This document shows, in pieces, positions 59,701 to 64,000 of a stretch of DNA of 64,000 nt. Numbering within the stretch: position 1 is the first letter of the stretch; each line of letters starts with the position of its first letter. Location: assembly GCF_009914755.1 (NCBI RefSeq), contig NC_060933.1; one strand, written 5' to 3'. The notes under the pieces are model-generated. The model was not told the origin of the DNA and made no database searches. It worked only from the letters and a program-made list of their open reading frames with translations. The DNA comes from the human T2T-CHM13v2.0 reference genome, Homo sapiens. Made by a program: the position numbers and the translations under genes.

Positions 59701-62700
59701 TGGAATGGAACGGAACGGAATGGAATGCAATGGAATGGAAACAACCAGACTGCAGGGGAATGGAATGGAATGGAATGCAATGGAATGGATTCAACTTGAA
59801 TGGAATGGAAAGAATGGAATCAACACGAGTGGAATGGCATGGATTGGAATGGAAAGGAATGGAATCAACCCGAGTACAGGGGAATGGAATGGAATGGAAT
59901 GCAATGGAATGGAATCATCCGTAATGGAATGGAAAGGAATGGAATGGAATGGAATGGAATGGAATGGAATGGAATCAACTCGATTGCAATCGAATGGAAT
60001 GGAATGGAATTAACCCGCATAGAATGGAATGGAATGGAATGGAACGGAACGGAACGGAATGGAATGGATTGGAATGGAATGGATTGGAATGGAATGGAAC
60101 GGAAAGGAATGGAATGGAATGGAATGGAATGGAATGGAATGGAATGGAATAGAATGTAATGGAATGGAATGGAATCAACGCGAGTGCAGGGGAATGGAAT
60201 GGAATGGAATGCAATGGAATGGAATGCAATGGAATGGAATGGAATGGAATGGAATGGAATGGAATGGAATGGAATGGAATCAACCCGAGTGCAATGGAAT
60301 GGAGTGGAATGGAATGGAATGGAATGGAACAACCCGAATGGAATCGAATGTAATGGAGAGTAAGGGAGTTGAATAGAATCAATCCGAATGTAATGGAATG
60401 GAATGCAACGGAATGGAAAGGAATGGAATGGAATGGAATGGAATGCAATGGAATGGAATCAACCCGAGTACAATGGAATGGAATGGAATGGAATGAAATG
60501 GAATGGAATGGAATGCCTTCAAACCGAATGGAATGGAAAGGAATGGAATCAACACGAGTGGAATGGAATGGAATGGAATGGAATGGAATGGAATGGAATG
60601 ATACGGAATAGAATGGAATGCAACGAAATGGAATGCAATGGAATGGAATGGAATGGAATGGAATGGAATGGAATGGAATCGTTCCGAGTGGAATAGGTGG
60701 GAATGTATTCGAGTGGAATGGAAAGGAATGGAATCAACCAGAGTGGAATGGAAGGTAATGGAATTGAATGGAAACTAATAGAATGGAATCAACCCGAGTG
60801 GAATGGAATGGAAAGGACTGGAATGGAAAGGAATGGAATGGAATGGAATGGAATGGAATGGAATCAACGCGAGTGCAGGGGAATGGAATGGAATGGAATG
60901 GAATGGAATGGAATGGAATGGAATCAACCCGAGTGCAGGGGAATGTAATGGAACGGAATGCAATGGAATGGAATCATCCGGAATGGAATGGAATGGAATG
61001 GAATGGAATCAACCCGAGTGCAATGGAATGGAGTGGAATGGAAAGGAATGGAATGGAACAACCCGAATGGAATGGAATGTAATGGAGAGTAAGGGAGTTG
61101 AAAAGAATCATTCCGAATGTAATGGAATGGAATGGAACGGAATGGAATGGAATGGAATGGAATGGAATGGAATGGAATGCAATGGAATGGAATCAACCCG
61201 AGTACAATGGAATGGAATGGAATGGAATGGAATGGAATGGAATGGAATGGAATGCAATGGAATGGAATCTTCCGGAATGGAATGGAATGGAATGGAATGG
61301 AATGGAATGCAATGGACTCAACTCGATTGCAATAGAATGGAATAGAATGGAATGGAATGGAATGGAATGGAATTAAACCGAATAGAATGGAATGGAATGG
61401 AATGGAACGGAACGTAACGGAACGGAACGGAGTGGAATGGAATGGAATGGAATTGTATGGAATGGAATGGAATGTTACGGAATAGAATGGAATGGAAAGA
61501 ATTGGAATGGAATGGAATCGAATGGAATGGAGTCGAATTGAATGGAATCAACCCGAGTGCAGGGGAATGTAATGGAACGGAATGCAATGGAATGGAATCA
61601 TCCGGAATGGAATGGAATGGAATTGAATGGAATGGAATGGAATGGAATCAACCCGAGTGCAATGGAATGGAGTGGAATGGAATGGAATGGAATGGAACAA
61701 CCCGAATGGAATGGAATGTAATGGAGAGTTAGGGAGTTGAATAGAATCAATCCGAATGTAATGGAATGGAACGGAATGCAATGGAATGGAATGGAATGGA
61801 ATGGAATGGAATGGAATGGAATGCAATGGAATGGAATCAACCCGAGTACAATGGAACGGAATGGAATGGAATGGAATGGCATGGAATGGAATGGAATGGA
61901 ATGGAATCAACCCAAGTGCAATAGAATGGAGAGGAATGGAATGGAATGGAATGGAAACTACCCGAATGGAATGGAATGTAATGGAGTGTAAGGGAATTGA
62001 ATAGAATCAATCCGAATGTAATGGAATGGAATGGAACGGAATGGAATGGAATGGAATGGAATGGAATGGAATGGAATCAACCCGAGTGCAATGGAATGGA
62101 GAGGAATGGAATGGAATGGAATGGAAACTACCCGAATGGAATGGAATGTAATGGAGTGTAAGGGAATTGAATAGAATCAATCCGAATGTAATGGAATGGA
62201 ATGGAACGGAATGGAATGGAATGGAATGGAATGGAATGGAATCGAATGGAATGGAATGCAATGGAATGGAATCAACCCGAGTGCAATCGAATGGAATCGA
62301 ATGGAATGGAATGCAATGGAATGGATTCAACTTGAATGGAATGGAAAGAATGGAATCAACACGAGTGGAATGCCATGGATTGGAATGGAATGGAATGGAA
62401 TCAACCCGAGTACAGGGGAATGGAATGGAATGGAATGCAATGGAATGGAATCATCCGTAATGGAATGGAAAGGAATGGAATGGAATGGAATGGAATGCAA
62501 TGGAATGGAATGGAATCAACTCGATTGCAATCGAATGGAATGGAATGGAATTAACCCGAATAGAATGGAATGGAATGGAATGGAACGGAACGGAACGGAA
62601 CGGAACGGAGTGGAATGGAATGGAATGGAATTGTATGGAATGGAATGGCATGGTACGGAATAGAATGGAATGGAAAGAATTGGAATGGAATGGAATCGAA

Positions 62701-62940
62701 TGGAATGGAATGGAATGGAATGGAATCAACCCGAGTGCAATGGAATGGAGTGGAATGGAATGGAATGGAATGGAGCAACCCGAATGGAATGGAATGTAAT
62801 GGAGAGTAAGGGAGTTGAATAGAATCAATCCGAATGTAATGGAATGAAACGGAATGGAATGGAATGGAATGGAATGGAATGGAATGGAATGGAATGGAAT
62901 GCAATGGAATGGAATCAACCCGAGTACAATGGAACGGAAT

Positions 62941-64000
62941 GGGTTTATTCCATTCCATTCCATTCCATTCCGGATGATTCCATTCCATTGCATTCCATTC
63001 CATTCCATTCCCCTGCACTCGTGTTGATTCCATTCCCTTCCATTCCATTCCATTCCGTTCCATTCCATTCCATTCCATTCTATTCCGGTTAATTCCATTC
63101 CATTCCATTCCATTCCATTCCATTGCAATCGAGTTGATTGCATTCCATTCCTTTCCATTCCATTCCATTGCCTTGCATTCCACTCGGGTTGATTCCATTC
63201 CCTTCTTTCCACTCCATTACATTCCCTTCCATGATTGATTCCATTCCATTCCATTCCATTGCCTTGCATTCCACTCGGGTTGATTCCATTCCCTTCTTTC
63301 CACTCCATTACATTCCCTTCCATGATTGATTCCATTCCATTCCATTCCAGTTCATTCCATTGCAATCCATTCCAATCCATTCCATTCCATTCCATTCCAC
63401 TCGAGTTGACTTCATTCCATTCCTTTCCATTCCATTCCATTCCTTTCCACTCGAGTTGATTCCCTTCCATTCCAATCCATTGCATTCCATTCCATGCCAT
63501 TCCACTCGGGTTGATTCCATTCCTTTGCATTCCATTCCATTCCATTCCATTCCATTCCATTCCATTCCATTCCATTCCGTTGCATTCCATTCCATTACAT
63601 TCGGATTGATTCTATTCAACTCCCTTACTCTCCATTACATTCCATTCCATTCGGATTGTTCCATTCCATTCCATTCCATTCCACTCCATTCCATTGCACT
63701 CGGGTTGATTCCATTCCATTCCATTCCATTCCATTCCGGATGATTCCATTCCATTGCATTCCGTTCCATTACATTCCCCTGCACTCGCGTTGATTCCATT
63801 CCATTCCATTCCTTTCCATTCAATTCCATTCCATTACAATTCGTTCCATTCCATTCTATTCCGTACCATTCCATTCCATTCCATACCATTCCTTTCCATT
63901 CCATTCCATTCCATTCCATTCCGTTCCATTCCGTTCCATTCCATTCAATTCCATTCTATTCGGGTTAATCCCATTCCATTCCATTCCATTCCATTCTATT
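62941..64000 (+). repeat. Satellite III (HSat3) array, C-rich on + strand (runs off window end)
   Basis: CCATT pentamers resume at 62941 with the same spacer set. Confidence 0.96.
63153..63349 (+). repeat. 91 bp tandem duplication of divergent satellite motifs
   Basis: ccttgcattccactcggg at 63171/63262; cccttctttccactccattacattcccttccatgattgattcc occurs twice. Confidence 0.92.

Larger units (their letters stand above)
43047..61277. promoter_or_regulatory. Cluster of 12 perfect three-unit heat-shock-element matches (GAAtcTTCcgGAA); function untested
   Basis: Exact match to nGAAnnTTCnnGAAn starting at 43047, 44135, 46260, 48507, 49370, 50208, 52173, 53535, 54388, 56224, 57657 and 61265. One-mismatch copy (GAG) at 58474. 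Confidence 0.5.
41235..62940 (-). repeat. Satellite III (HSat3) block in inverted orientation, G-rich (GGAAT)n on + strand
   Basis: Abrupt switch at ...tccattgcacacgg|aatggaatgg... (41231-41235) and back at ...ggaacggaat|gggtttattcc (62940/62941). Same spacers in reverse complement (CAACCCGAGT, CAACTCGATTGC). Confidence 0.97.

Noticed and set aside
41235-62940. Inverted block as a transposon or recombinase-controlled invertible switch
   Set aside because: No transposase or recombinase, no terminal inverted repeats beyond the satellite itself, and the 2-nt GG overlap is too short to call a target-site duplication.
41072-63590. ORFs crossing the junctions (41072-41356, 62451-63590, 62551-63198, 62844-63092) with hybrid IPFHS/MEWNG peptides
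   Set aside because: They are by-products of the strand switch. They help locate the junctions but are not evidence of genes.
20-63919. Hundreds of ORFs up to 434 aa (MEWNG- and IPFHS-repeat peptides)
   Set aside because: (GGAAT)n and (CCATT)n have no stop codon in any frame and the G strand is full of ATG, so overlapping ORFs in all six frames are expected. There are no domains and no coding signal.
1-64000. Repeat-spacer pattern resembling a CRISPR array or an information-storing cassette system
   Set aside because: Spacers are drawn from a small reused vocabulary of degenerate pentamers, spacing is irregular, and there are no unique spacers, leader or cas genes.
1-64000. HSat2, telomeric repeat, alpha satellite or DYZ1-like 3.5 kb unit
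   Set aside because: No HSat2-type CATTCGATTC-dominated ~23-26 bp units, no TTAGGG arrays, no 171 bp monomers and no regular 3.5 kb period. Long pure CATTC runs with CAACCCGAGT spacers fit HSat3.
1-64000. Embedded Alu/LINE/ERV fragments or unique sequence
   Set aside because: No stretch departs from pentamer-derived sequence for more than ~40-60 bp, and there are no poly(A) tails.
1-64000. Definite chromosome or subfamily assignment (chr9 HSat3B5)
   Set aside because: Plausible from the spacer type and strand switching, but it needs alignment or subfamily k-mer classification, which I cannot run.

Overview
The whole 64 kb window is pericentromeric-type Satellite III DNA (human HSat3-like; a great-ape orthologue cannot be excluded). 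It consists of (CATTC)n/(GGAAT)n pentamers interrupted by short spacer motifs, mainly CAACCCGAGT (ACTCGGGTTG on the other strand). I find no genes, RNA genes, transposons or CRISPR arrays, and every ORF is an artefact of the stop-free pentamer (MEWNG/IPFHS). The structure that is present: (i) a ~21.7 kb block (about 41235-62940) in opposite orientation to its flanks, with both junctions falling inside the same spacer motif and the left one forming a fold-back; (ii) nested duplications from 91 bp to 10 kb; (iii) two interleaved motif 'dialects'; (iv) perfect three-unit heat-shock elements (GAAtcTTCcgGAA) concentrated in the inverted block; (v) pentamer register shifts that are almost all -1; (vi) a small divergent island near 63.15-63.5 kb. 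Chromosome 9q12-type HSat3B is the most plausible origin, but this is inference. I see no evidence of a novel coding system. All coordinates and counts were read by eye.
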